A DNA stretch of 63,947 nt, the filler included, from Octopus bimaculoides (Eukaryota), in NCBI RefSeq assembly GCF_001194135.2. It is 9 parts of 7 records of this genome, joined end to end, with 100 filler letters (N's around TTAATTAATTAA, not from the genome) between each part and the next. Parts side by side here need not be neighbours in the genome. Positions count along the whole stretch, not along the records: positions 1 to 25,320 come from NC_069009.1; 8 more parts are not named here. One strand, 5' to 3'. The translations under genes and the position numbers were made by a program. The notes below the pieces were generated by a model that worked only from the letters and a program-made list of their open reading frames with translations, did not search any database and was not told the DNA's origin. Numbering within the stretch: the first letter of the stretch is position 1; every line of letters starts with the position of its first letter. Positions 1-12,100 of the stretch are shown piece by piece.

Positions 1-238
1 ATATATATATATATATATATACACATATATAAATTTATATATACTAATACATATATCAGTGTCGTTTTGTATGAGTGAATGTATAAAAGTGTATCTATTT
101 GTGCCTGCATTCCTACCTGTACATCATTTATCTGTGTTTATCTCTACATCAACGCTGATTAACTTCCATAATTCTCCCTTGTAATTGCATATTTAAGAGT
201 ACATTATTATATTTTTGTACCTCGCAACATTTATCAAT

Positions 239-740
239 CTTCTTCTTCTTCTTCTTCTTCTTCTTCTTCTTCTTCTTCTTCTTCTTCTTCTTCTTCTTCT
301 TCTCCTCAACCTTCTTCTTCTTCTTGTCCTCCTCCTCCTCCTCCTTCTTCTTCTTCTCCTCCTCCTCCTTCTTCTTCTTCTTCTTCTTCTTCTCATTCTT
401 CGTCTTCTTCTTCTCCTCCTCCTCCTTCTTCTTCTTCTCCTCCTCCTCCTTCTTCTTCTTCTTCGTCTTCTTCTCATTCTTCTTCTTTTTCTTCTTCTTC
501 TTCTTCTTCTCCTCCTTCCTCTTCTTTTTCTTCTTCTTCTTCTTCTCCTTCTTCTTCTTCTTCTTCTTCCACTTCTTCTTCTCCTCCTTCTTCTTCTTCT
601 TCTTCTTCTTCTTCTTCTTCTTCTTCTTCTTCTTCTTCTTCTACTTCTTCCCCTTCTTCTCCTCCTCCTCCTTCTTCTTCTTCTTCTTCTTCTCCTCCTC
701 CTCCTCCTCCTCCTTCTTCTTCTTCTTCTTCTTCTTTTAT
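239..740. repeat. (CTT)n/(CCT)n polypyrimidine microsatellite
   Basis: Seen directly. It explains the poly-R, poly-L and poly-F ORFs. Related tracts lie at about 8218-8330 and 9847-10040. Confidence 0.97.
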
Positions 741-1181
741 CTTTCTTGTTTTATCTTTCTTCTTTTATCTGTCACTCCTTTTAATTCTTCTAGGGATCTT
801 ATTGGTGTTTCATTGACATCACTTTTTCTACTGATCGTTCTCTTTTTATTTACCTTCTAGATTTAATTGTACTTCATTGGCTTCTATATTTCGCATTCCC
901 GTTCCTCCCTGACCTCTTAATCTTTTATTTTTTGTCGCTCTTGTTGCTATTCTTCTCTCTCATTCTATTTCACTTCCTTCTTCTCTTTGTTTTCCTTCCA
1001 CTCCACTCCCTTCTAACTCTTTTCCATCTTCTTCTTATTCTCTTCCTATCTTTTTTCAAAATTTTAAACCCTTTTCAGTCCATCGTCTCAAAATTCTTTC
1101 ACTCCATGGTTTTCCTGAATTCTTTTTTTTTTCTTTCCTTCACGAATTATCAGTGCTACTTGACTCAATTTTATTTTACAG

Positions 1182-1253
1182 GGATTTGAGTGGTAATGAT
1201 ATCAAGAGTATCAAAGGAGAAACATTCCAAAATATTTACAGTTTAACAACTCT
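1182..1253 (+). CDS. LRR exon 1 in window (72 nt, phase 2-2) of an LRR-LRRCT-Ly6/uPAR-SEA-like extracellular protein
   Basis: Acceptor ttattttacag and donor gtaagt. Translates (L)DLSGNDIKSIKGETFQNIYSLTT(L), one 24-aa typical-class LRR. Confidence 0.93.
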
Positions 1254-1438
1254 GTAAGTTGAATCAGTCTTATTTTATATTATTTCATTAACGATATATT
1301 TCTAAATATGTAATGTCTACCCATACTTCATTTCAATCTCTCTCACTTAACGTTACCTCTCTTATGAATCTCTATCCAAAATGTGTGTTGTTGAGAGTGT
1401 ATCAATATGACAATAGAAGGAGAAAATGTAGTGCATGC

Positions 1439-1508
<70 letters not shown>

Positions 1509-1519
1509 CGAGAGAGAGA

Positions 1520-2100
1520 GAGCCTTCCCCAAACGCATCCCCTTTCTCCTCATTTTCCACCTCTCCTCCCCACTCAACCCGTCAGAAGGTCCTGTAGGCC
1601 TTCCACCCTCTCTATTTCCCCAAACCACCCTTGTCCTCCTTCAAACGCACCCGTAACTTACGCGATCTATTGCTGCGTACCCTCCACCTCCATTCCAACC
1701 CAACCCGGATCATTCCCTTGCTCCAAACCCCGTTGCCGCACCTGTCCTTTCATCATCAACACCACCTCCCTCACTGGATTCAACCAGTACACACTCTACC
1801 TTAAGAACTCTCTGCAATAAAGTTTTCATTGGCTAGGCTGGCCGCTCGCTAGCCGATCGGTTCGCCGATCACCAACGAAATGTTCGTCTACGTAAGAACA
1901 CCCCCGTCGCCCATCATTTCCTCTTGGCGAGCCACTCCACCTCAAATCTCACCATCTTCGGCTTTACCCTACAACATGGATCCACCAGCTCTACACTCTA
2001 ACTTGAACAGCGTTATATTTTCACTCTACATACTCAAACTCTTTTCGGACTCAACATAACACTCTCCTCAGAGATTTTCCCCACTACCGCTTAAAAACAA
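1520..2100 (+). mobile_element. Penelope-like element fragment (linker plus GIY-YIG endonuclease), decayed
   Basis: Translation across stops and frameshifts gives FKRTRNLRDLL, PRCRTCPFI and LCNKVFIG*AGRSLADRFADH...PVAHHF...LEQRYIFTLHTQTLFGLN. Confidence 0.85.
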
Positions 2101-2775
2101 ACAAAAATATTTTTTTCCATCCTTATATTTTATTCGTTATTTTTTATTTTCACATTGTTTATGTATAAATTCGTGTGTTGAAGCCTATTTTATTGTGTCT
2201 GGGAAGAGTTATTCTCTTTCAGTACCTTATTAATTTAACACACCCACTCGTTTATTTTTTACTGAAATTTTCGTTGCGTCTTGCAACCTTTTCAATGGTC
2301 GTTGACTCTGTCCGTTAGCAGAACAGCATTCTTTTTGTGTGCATGTATGATGCATGTGCGTGTGTGCATATATATGCATGCATATGTGCACGGTTGTATG
2401 TATGTACTCTGCATATATGTGTCTGCATTATGGGTGGTGTGTGTATACACGTTTCAGTGTGTCTCTGTATGGGTTTGCGTGTCTATGTATGTGCGCCTGT
2501 TATGTATGGCTGTGTCTCCATAGGTGTCCTTGTGTGAAGTGCTTGTGTGTATATATGCTCATGTGTTTCAGTCTTCGTATGTGCATATGTGTGTGTGTCG
2601 TCTGTCCGTATTTTCTATGTACCTACCTATCTCTATACCTGCCTGTCCATTTACGTATCCACTTACCTATNNNNNNNNNNNNNNNNNNNNNNNNNNNNNN
2701 NNNNNNNNNNNNNNNNNNNNNNNNNNNNNNNNNNNNNNNNNNNNNNNNNNNNNNNNNNNNNNNNNNNNNNNNNNN

Positions 2776-2806
<31 letters not shown>

Positions 2807-2899
2807 TACATGTACACACACATATATTTATATTTATATACATACAGACACAGACACCCACACACACGCCTACATAACGACCTAGTAACAACACTATCC

Positions 2900-3560
2900 G
2901 TGCATATATAAACACTGAGTATTGGAGTATGACACCTATGTATATGTCCTATTTAGTACTGGGGATGTTTCTTTCATGAAGACGTACTTGTACTTGTCTG
3001 AGTGTTGGGTCGTTAGGGTGCTTGGATAAAATGTAGATGTCAAGTTGGCCCAGTGTACCTCCATGATGGTAGAGTATGGAAAATAGTTTTTGTCATCATA
3101 TTGTTTCAAATGTCCATTTTGTCTCTCGATGTTTCGCCTATGTATGTTATGTTCTCGTCTTTGCAAGCATCGTCTATGCACCATGTGCTGTAGACTACAT
3201 TTCTAGTTCTGCAGTTAATGTAATACATACCATACAGTTATCACTGGTGCATGTAGCATTCTCAAGGGGGGGGTGCATGTAGCATTCTCAAGGGGGGGTG
3301 CATCCTACATAGTTGTGATCTGATAGATCTCCTTGACTTTTCAGTGATCTTAATGTTGAGTTTAGCCTCCTACAGTTCTTTCCTAAATCTACGAGCTAGT
3401 TCTCCATGGGCTGTGGCCTTTACAAACATCAGTCCGTGATATTTGTCGGTCTGGTACCACATGTTCAGAATGTTTGGTTTGCTACAATCTCTTTGTATCC
3501 TATTCCAGTTTTTACATCTACATCTAGGGTAAGTTTCATTACTTACAATGCTGTCTAACT
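2900..3560 (-). mobile_element. Penelope-like element fragment (GIY-YIG), decayed
   Basis: The minus strand gives CRTRNVVYSTWCIDDACKDENITYIGETS, with upstream LMFVKATAHGELARRFRKEL. Confidence 0.8.
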
Positions 3561-3814
3561 TTCTCTAGCACCCGTGTATACTCGAACATCATAAATTTAT
3601 GGCCATCAACACTACCATCATATTTTCATCTCCTCCATTTCATAATCATATACACCACCACCACCACCACTACCATTATCTCCATCATCGTCATCCAGTT
3701 CATCATCTAAATCTACTCTGCATCTCTTCCATAATCTAATTGTTTAGACATGACCGTTAATATTCTTTCACAAATCTGATCCATACAAGTTCTTAACTAA
3801 ATTTTATTTTACAG

Positions 3815-3886
3815 AGATTTGGGTGGTAATGATATGAAGGAAATCAACGCAGAACTCTTCCAATATCTTTCCAGCTTAAAAACTCT
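3815..3886 (+). CDS. LRR exon 2 (72 nt, phase 2-2)
   Basis: Acceptor ttattttacag and donor gtaagt. Translates DLGGNDMKEINAELFQYLSSLKT(L). Confidence 0.93.
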
Positions 3887-4124
3887 GTAAGTTGATTAAT
3901 TAATTTGTATTGTATTTTATTGAAGTTATATTTCTAAATATGTAGTGATGCCCATATTTCATTTTAAACTCCCTCGCCATCTCTTCCCTACACTATCACT
4001 CTCCCTCTGTCTTTTCAATGTGTGTCACTAATTGTGAATGATATAAATAATATGAGTGTGGACCCATCCCTAAGAGTTGGTATATATGACGGTGTGTTAC
4101 TTTAGGTAAAGTATGGTTTTATCA

Positions 4125-6159
4125 AAAGACATTCAAATCATACATAGAAATTCCTACCAACAACTATTTCCATACACAGCTTAAATTTCAGAAATGAAAT
4201 TCCATATATGAAACCAGTGAATTGTGGTTATCCCCAGGGGGAATTTCTAAAGGATATTTAAGAACGTGTAGGCTAACCTACGACAAACTCAGAAGTGTGG
4301 GTTTTATCTTAAGCGTTCCGTAGTAACCGTCATTGCCATATATATACAAAAACAAATACGTTCTACACATCTGTATACGTCCCGGTATGATACACAATAG
4401 TTCAGTAATGGTATTATGATAGTTAAGATATAAACATTATCGAGAGGAAAAGAATAGTAGATAAACTTAGTGAATGGGGGAGAATGTTATGCATTTATTG
4501 TTAAGTCGAGAGCAGCTAGACATGACAATTCATCGAGTATATGCCTGTCGATAAGACTACAAATTAATGAAATATATCATATCAAACTCCACCCAACTCA
4601 ATCTAAAATTGCTACATTAATCAATGTTTACGCAAATACACTATTTATACATATCAAGTAAATATACACAGAAATCACATATTGTTGAGTTACCCTCAGA
4701 AAATACAAACAGACACATGCAGAATCACACACATATACATATATATATGTATATATTTTGTCTTATACATATATATATATATATACACATACATATACAT
4801 ACACACACACACACACATACATATGTATATATATATATATATATNNNNNNNNNNNNNNNNNNNNNNNNNNNNNNNNNNNNNNNNNNNNNNNNNNNNNNNN
4901 NNNNNNNNNNNNNNNNNNNNNNNNNNNNNNNNNNNNNNNNNNNNNNNNNNNNNNNNNNNNNNNNNNNNNNNNNNNNNNNNNNNNNNNNNNNNNNNNNNNN
5001 NNNNNNNNNNNNNATATATTGGAAAATAATAACAAGAAATAGGAATAGGAATAAATCGAAATACATTGAATTTAAGAATATTAAAAAGCAATATCAAAAA
5101 CAGGATATGCGAATTGTGGGAAACAATATACTGCTGAGGTCTTCTAATATTTCTAATAAGGTCAGGAATAGGAGTAAAATGATTAGAAAGTATACACCTC
5201 ATATATCCAATAATGGTCGTAAGTGCGGAGGTTATAATGAATCTTCCGATGAAGACGAAGCTGTGTGGTTTATTGTTCCGATCGTTAAGCAGATTAAGGG
5301 TAATGTCGTTGGTGCGTTATGGAAAGTATTTTCGAAATATTTCACAAAAGAGAATGGATACTATGATATTATTAACTCTAGCAGTTTTAGATTCGGTCAT
5401 TCTATATCTAGTCATTTGTACCAGATTATATCATCTATTAACGAGAGAAAATTATATTATTCTTATAATAATTGTAACGGTAGTAAACGCCGTTCTGTTA
5501 ATAGCTGTATAAATAACGTAAGAGAATAGAGTGAAGGTAGGACATCTGATGTACGAAAGGAAGCTATCCTAGTGAAATCTCATCCCAACCTTTTGAATGT
5601 ATGTAAAACGACAAACAATACAAATCTAAATAGTAAAGCTGGGAAAAATATATAATAATGTCGAGGTTACAAATAATACTTTTTGTGATTGCAGGGTTAA
5701 AAGCAAATGTTTGTTTAAGAATTAGTGTAAACGAAAACATGTTGCTTACAAGTATAGTGTATATTCTGAAGGTAGAAAGTACGTTTATATTGGTGCTACG
5801 CAAAATGTTATTCAAAAACGTACTTGTAATCATATTTACACCTTTAATAATAAAATAGGTCCGCCCCCACTAGCCTTAGTAAATTTATTTGGGATATAAG
5901 CGATGCCAAAATAGCTTTTAGGTAGAGTGGTAAATTATAAGCCGCTGGTTATAAACCTGGAAAGTCTCTCTGCTTTCTTTGTTTAGAAGAACTGTATTTG
6001 ATTTTTATTTTGAGATGTCTACGAAACGCAAAGATGGAAATGGGACTTTCTTGTGTCCATACATCAAAATGGATATTTAGGAACTTTTATTTATAATTGC
6101 TTATATTAAAGATATTAACATTTAAATAATATATATGTGTATCTGTGAGTGTGTGTGTG

Positions 6160-6198
<39 letters not shown>

Positions 6199-6790
6199 TT
6201 TCTGTAGGTAAATCTAATATGTGGGCTCTGTTTGTATTTACTTGATACGTATAGACCGTGCGTTTGCGTAAACATTGATTAATTTAGCAATTTTGGATTG
6301 GGTTGGGAGGAGTTTGATCTGATATATTTCGTTAATCTGAATTATTATCGACAGGCATATGCTCCACGAATTGTTGTGTCTCGCTGCTCTCTTCTTAACA
6401 ATTAATCTATAACGTTATCCATTCACTAGTTTTATCTAGTATTCTTTTTCTCTTGATATTGTTTATATCTTAACTATCATAGCACCATCAATGAACTATT
6501 GTGTATCATATTGGCTCGTGTAAGGATATGTAGAACGTTTTGTTTTTGAATATACGACGCAATGATGGTTTCTACGGAACACTTGCGTTAAGAAAAAACA
6601 AACACTTCTGAGTTTGTCGTCGGTTAGCCTACTCTTTGTTAAATTTCCTTTAGAAATATTCCTTAAGGATATACACAATGAACTGGTCTGATTTCGTACA
6701 TGGAATGTTATTTCTGAAATTTAAGAATTGTGTATAGACACAGCTGTTGGTAAGAATGTCTGTGTATAATCTGAATGATTTTAGATAAAA
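4125..6790 (+). mobile_element. Penelope-like element: inverted copy of the 3' region, then RT C-terminus/GIY-YIG and 3' region
   Basis: From 5684: CDCRVKSKCLFKN*CKRKHVAYKYSVYSEGRKYVYIGATQNVIQKRTCNH, then TSLSKFIW and CFLCLEE. About 4125-4790 is a diverged reverse complement of about 6110-6790 (perfect 21-mer at 4616-4636 and 6263-6283). Confidence 0.82.
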
Positions 6791-6998
6791 ACAAATCAGC
6801 TGTATGTAAATTTTCCCCCTTTTCTTCATTTTCTAATGTTCATTTAAATACCTATACTTTTCGGTGATAAACATATATACTTGGTTTTCTCTTAACGCTG
6901 GTATAAACCGCTGCACTAGGATACTCGCACCGAGGGATTTTAGTTCCTAGACTTATTAAACACACACACACACACATTATATATAGATTAATAATTAA

Positions 6999-7447
6999 GG
7001 GTACTACAGGCAGTTCCGGCATTCTGAGACAGCAGTCGAAATGACCCAAATCACAAGTTTTCACTTAAGCACAAAAGTGAAGGCAGGCAAATGAACAAAA
7101 TCCCTAAGACTCCGAACCAATAATAAAAATAATCGAAAAGTGAAAAGCTCAGACACACCCGTATTGCCGTGATTTCGAACTTTTAAAATTTGCAGCAGCA
7201 TAAGAAACGTTCATGGCAAACATTTGTTGGGATGAACAAGTTCAGAGTCAGTAAGACGCGCTGAGTATGGGGTATTTTCTCAAAGTTCGAAATTACGGTG
7301 ATAAGGATATGTCTAACTTTTTCAGTATTTGATTATGTTCGGGGTCTTAGGGATTTTGTTCATTTGCCCACCTTGTGCTTAAGTGAAAACTTGTGGTTTG
7401 GTTATTTCTGACTGCTATTTTAGCATGCTGGTACTGCCTTACTACCC
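6999..7447. mobile_element. MITE with long inverted arms and TTAA on both sides (Kolobok-like)
   Basis: TTAA|GGGTACTACAGGCAG ... CTGCCTTACTACCC|TTAA, with arms complementary over about 180 bp. GG...CC ends plus a TTAA target fit Kolobok rather than piggyBac (CC...GG). Confidence 0.75.
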
Positions 7448-7681
7448 TTAATTATTTATTGATAATTTTACCCTAAGGCGTTTTACGCATGTTAAGCGTT
7501 AAGCCACTGATAACCCTGATATTATAAAAAATAATATCGCCTCTTCTCATTTCTCATGCCCCTCATCATTATCATCTCCACTTACATTCCTTGTCTTATA
7601 TCTATTCTTTTTTCGCCATAGTATGTAATATCATCACAAGTCTTTTCTATATATTTTCATAAACTCAATTTTATGTTACAG

Positions 7682-7753
7682 ATATCTGCATAACAATAGC
7701 ATTACATATATTCAACGTGGTATCTTCGAAAGCCTTCCAAATTTAGAAAGCTT
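7682..7753 (+). CDS. LRR exon 3 (72 nt, phase 2-2)
   Basis: Acceptor ttatgttacag and donor gtgagt. Translates YLHNNSITYIQRGIFESLPNLES(L). Confidence 0.93.
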
Positions 7754-9265
7754 GTGAGTTCGGTCACTTTTGTTCGTACTATTTATTTCTCCATACATCT
7801 TCTCCAGTTTCACTGTCTCTGTTGGCCTCTCTCTAACATCCTTACTCTCACTCTCTCTTTCCATTGTTTTCTCTGAGTGTATCCATGTGAACATGATGAT
7901 CTTCTTTCTCACTTTCTTCTCATACATATCCATGTTCTTGTTATCGTGTTAATCGTAATATTTTTTCATTTATCATTCATGCTCTTTGTTTTCTAAACAT
8001 TCGTTTACCTAATATTCAAACACACATTATTCAACTCCATTTCCTAGTTTATTTTCTGTTTGTTTTCTTCTTTGTTCTATTTTTAAATTTTATCACATAA
8101 TGTTCTTCATACATTTCTTTTTCGTTTTGTTCTTCCTTTTCAACTTCATTTTCAGCAGATTCTATTTTTGTCCTTCTTTATATTCTTTTCTTCTTTTTCT
8201 TCTTTTTCTCCTCATTTGCTTCTTCTTCTTCTTCTTCTTCTTCTTCTTCTTCTTCTTCTTCTTCTTCTTCTTCTTCTTCTTCTTCTTCTTCTTCTTCTTC
8301 TTCTTCTTCTTCTTCTTCTTCTTCTTCTTCGTCTCCTCTTATTTATTTTCATTCCTTTTCCTTATTTCTTTCTTTTCACTTCTTTTAATTCTACTCGATA
8401 TTTTACTTCTGTTTCCTTATCCTCATTCTCTTCTTCATGTTCCACTCATCTTTCTTTATGAGTTTCTTTCAGATTTCATCGCACTTCATCCGCTTTTACT
8501 TTCGCATTTCTGTTCCCCATCATCTGTTGTTGCTGTTCTTTATCCGTGTTCTCTTTTTCTCTTCTTCCTTAACTTCGTTCTCCTTCTACTCTACACCGCT
8601 GTGCCCCTCGGTATCTTTTTCGTTTTCTTTTTGTTCTCCTCCTCTTCCTTCACCAGTTTCTTCCAAATATTAAATACTTTTTCCTTCGTCATCTCAAATT
8701 TCTTTCACATCATGTTTTCCTGTTTTTTTTAAATATTTTCTATCGACAGACTTATCGTATTCATCACCATCATCGACATTACCATCATCACAATTTTCTG
8801 CACCAACTCTCACACACTTAATTTTATCGTCATCAACATAATCATTATGATCCTCAGCAGAAACAGCATCAACTTCAAGTCGTCATCAACATCAGCATCA
8901 ACATTATAAATGTCTTCATCATTATCGTTATCAAAAACTTCATCACCATCATTAGTAACAACCGTGTCTTTATCAATACTAGCACCATCCTTGTCGCCAG
9001 CCTCTTCCTCACATTCACACCACCGACACCTCCAACAGTATACACCTCCACTTCATCATCAATACACTTATCAAGCTCATGCTCATCCCCTTATCGTCTC
9101 CTCCATCAAATAATTGTCTCACCATAATGTTTTACCTTTTATCATAACACATTTCTAGACATTTTCTAATCTAAAAGTTTATTTTATAGACATTTCGGTC
9201 ATAATAATATTTTACAATAAAACTCCTCTCTATCTTATCTTATCAACTAATATTTTATGTTACAG

Positions 9266-9337
9266 ATATTTGTATGAAAATAATATCGAGAAGATCCAAG
9301 TAGGAACCTTCGATAATCTACCCAGTTTAATATATCT
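9266..9337 (+). CDS. LRR exon 4 (72 nt, phase 2-2)
   Basis: Acceptor ttatgttacag and donor gtaagt. Translates YLYENNIEKIQVGTFDNLPSLIY(L). Confidence 0.93.
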
Positions 9338-9526
9338 GTAAGTCTTGTTGATAATACTTCATTAACAATATATCACTCTATATTCAAAATTTTCCCATTT
9401 TGTTTCGCGTCCTGTCCTTCTCTCTCTTTACATTCTCGTTTTTCTTTCGATATGTGAATGTCTGTAAATATGTGTGTCTGTGAGTAATGTGAATATAAAT
9501 GTGTGTTGGCATGTTAACAATTTGAG

Positions 9527-9575
<49 letters not shown>

Positions 9576-9579
9576 ATAT

Positions 9580-9635
<56 letters not shown>

Positions 9636-10139
9636 GTATATATATATCTGTATATCTGGGCAATTGTGTATGAGTAAATGTATGAGAGGGTAACGACTTA
9701 TGTTTGTATTTCTATCTGTATATCTTTTACTGTGTTTATCTCTAGACCAACGCTGATTACCATCCATGACTCTCCCTTGTAATTGCATATTTAAGATTAT
9801 ATTGTTATTATTAAATGTTTCTACACCTTACAACTTTTATTGATTTTCTTCTTCTTCTTCTTCTTCTTTTTTTCTTCTTCTTCTTCTTCTTCTTCTTCTT
9901 CTTCTTCTTCTTCTTCTTCTTCTACTACTTCTCCTTCTTCTTCTTCTTCTTCTTCTTCTTCTTCTTCTTCTTCTTCTTCTTCTTCTTCTTCTTCTTCTTC
10001 TTCTTCTTTTTTTTCTTCTTCTTCTTCTTCTTCTTCTTTCCTAATTAATTCGCCTGATAAATTTTACGGATATATTTCCATATCTTGCATCTCTCCCCAA
10101 GCTTCTCACTAAATCACATTCATTCTCTCGCCATGTGTA

Positions 10140-11250
10140 TGTATGTCCACCATAGTATCCGAAGAAATACCAGAGAACTAAGATTGCAAGAACTTATGAA
10201 TGTACTCCATGACAGACAGTACCCAACTCAACTCACAAATCAAGGAACTAAACGTGCAAAATCGATTGATATTAAAACATTAAAAAAGCCAAATACAACA
10301 CATATACCCACAAAGCAGCACTTGGTTATATCTCCACATACAACACCAGGAACAAAGAAACATTCAATATCATCATCCAAAATACTCCAATACTCTATAA
10401 AGACCCCAGACTTAAGGAACTCCTACGTAACCATAAATTCATCAAGAGCTGCAAACAGCCTAAGATATTGAAGAAAATTTTCATTAGTGCCAAGTTCTCT
10501 AGAACAACAAACGCAAGTGTCGTAAAGTGTGGTCACCCTAATTTCGGAACATGTCTCAATATGTTGGAACGATCGGAATTCCATTTCAGACAAGGGCAAA
10601 TATTCAAAATGAAATCTAATATCACTTGCGCCTCCCAAAACCTCATTTACGTAATCAGATGCTCGGGCTGCCTGCGAAACCCTATTGGCTCGACGGGAAA
10701 TTCGATGTGAAAGAGATGTACGGTCCATAGACAACAAATTTCCTCCCCACAATATCGCCAAATATCCCTCAGTCAACACATTGAAGCATTTTCAGAATTA
10801 TTACAACCACAATTCGTAATTTTCCCATTCTATCAACTTGCCTTCTGGACCTCAACACAAGTAAGATTGACTAAAGGAACGACATTTATCCAAAAATATA
10901 CACCAAAATTAAATACGAAACCCATATTAAAAAAAGGACTTACCCCATCTAATGGGAATAAAATAGAAAACACAGAAAAAAATTAAAATTAGATTTACCT
11001 TCCCTTTACTGCAAAATGAATGACTGAACAATTATCTCCCCTTTTTCAACTCTCAGCTTGAGGAGCAATGCGAAACCGGTCCTTACTTCAATTAAGTTGA
11101 AAGAACAAAACCTCATTTTGTACAAAATTGTATAATATCTTTATTATCATGGCTCTAATATACTATTATATGTTGTGAAACAAATCTGTGTGTCTTTTCA
11201 TTTTTTCTCTTTGTATATGTATCCACCGCATGTGTTCCACACTAAAGTAT
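10140..11250 (+). mobile_element. Penelope-like element fragment (RT thumb, GIY-YIG, 3' region)
   Basis: KSNITCASQNLIYVIRCSGCLRNPIGSTGNSM*KRCTVHRQQI...SLSQHIE...FIQKYTPKLN. Confidence 0.87.
11041..11103 (+). ncRNA. Degenerate minimal hammerhead-ribozyme-like motif in the Penelope 3' region
   Basis: C(T)TGAGGA-GCAATGC-GAAA-CCGG-TC, closed by tttcaact/agttgaaa pairing. The core has one deviation and proximal stem I is poor. Confidence 0.45.
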
Positions 11251-11859
11251 GTTCTACCTTCAACACACACACACATGCACTCACATATATACATATACAT
11301 TACATATATATCCGTGTGCATGTTTGTGTGTTTGTGCGCGTGTGTCTGCTTGTGTTTGTGTGTTTGTGCGCGTGTGTCTGCTTGTGTTTGTGTGTGTGTG
11401 TGTGCGTGTAGTTGTTCGTGCTTCTGGTATGAGACTGAATCACCTTGAGTGCAGAATGATATCAGCTTATTAGCGATAAATATTAAAAAATCACTCTCCC
11501 TTCTAATTGCATATTGAGGACGACATTATGATATTTATCGTTTTCTTCGTATTTTCTTCCTTCTTCAAATGTTCCACTTTCACTTTTTATTTCTCTTTCT
11601 TTTTCAACTATTTATATCTTCTGCTTCTCTCTCTTACTGTTATTTTCTCGTCCTCATTCCCTTCTTTAAATCTAACCCCATATCTCACGACTTCCGTTAT
11701 TTCATTATAACCATCAACATCAACTTTCTTATCACCACCACCATCATCATCATCATAGTGGTCGTCGTCATCATCATCAACATCATCATCACCATAATGA
11801 TCAACATCATCTTGATCATCATCATCTTGATCATCATCATGAACATCATTTTCTAGAGC

Positions 11860-12100
11860 TTCCTTACATGTGGAAAACATCCCAAAATGCTAACAGAAAG
11901 TATATTGATAAAGGCTGACGTAGAAAAGGATCTAAATATTACAGGTACACATCACTAGCCTCACATGTTAGGAAAGTCTTGAGATACGTTGCCAGAAAGT
12001 CGTTGGTTACGTTCCAAGAACAAAACTTGCTCACTTACCTGCAGCATGGCTTCTGTTCAGGATGGAGTTGCCTTCCACAGCTAATACTACGTGACTGAGT
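11860..12100 (+). mobile_element. CR1/L2-type LINE reverse transcriptase fragment
   Basis: YYRYTSLASHVRKVL...QNLLTYLQHGFCSGWSCLPQL matches the NYRPISLTS...QHGF..GRSC..QL motif. Confidence 0.85.

Noticed and set aside
193-1189. Long poly-R, poly-L and poly-F ORFs, and similar ORFs at 8100-8732 and 9815-10112
   Set aside because: They are translations of (CTT)n and pyrimidine-rich intron sequence.
9190-9261. Possible dead LRR exon (ag|a cat ttc ggt cat aat aat att = HFGHNNI) just before exon 4
   Set aside because: It has an early stop, no donor and only a short motif match in AT-rich sequence.
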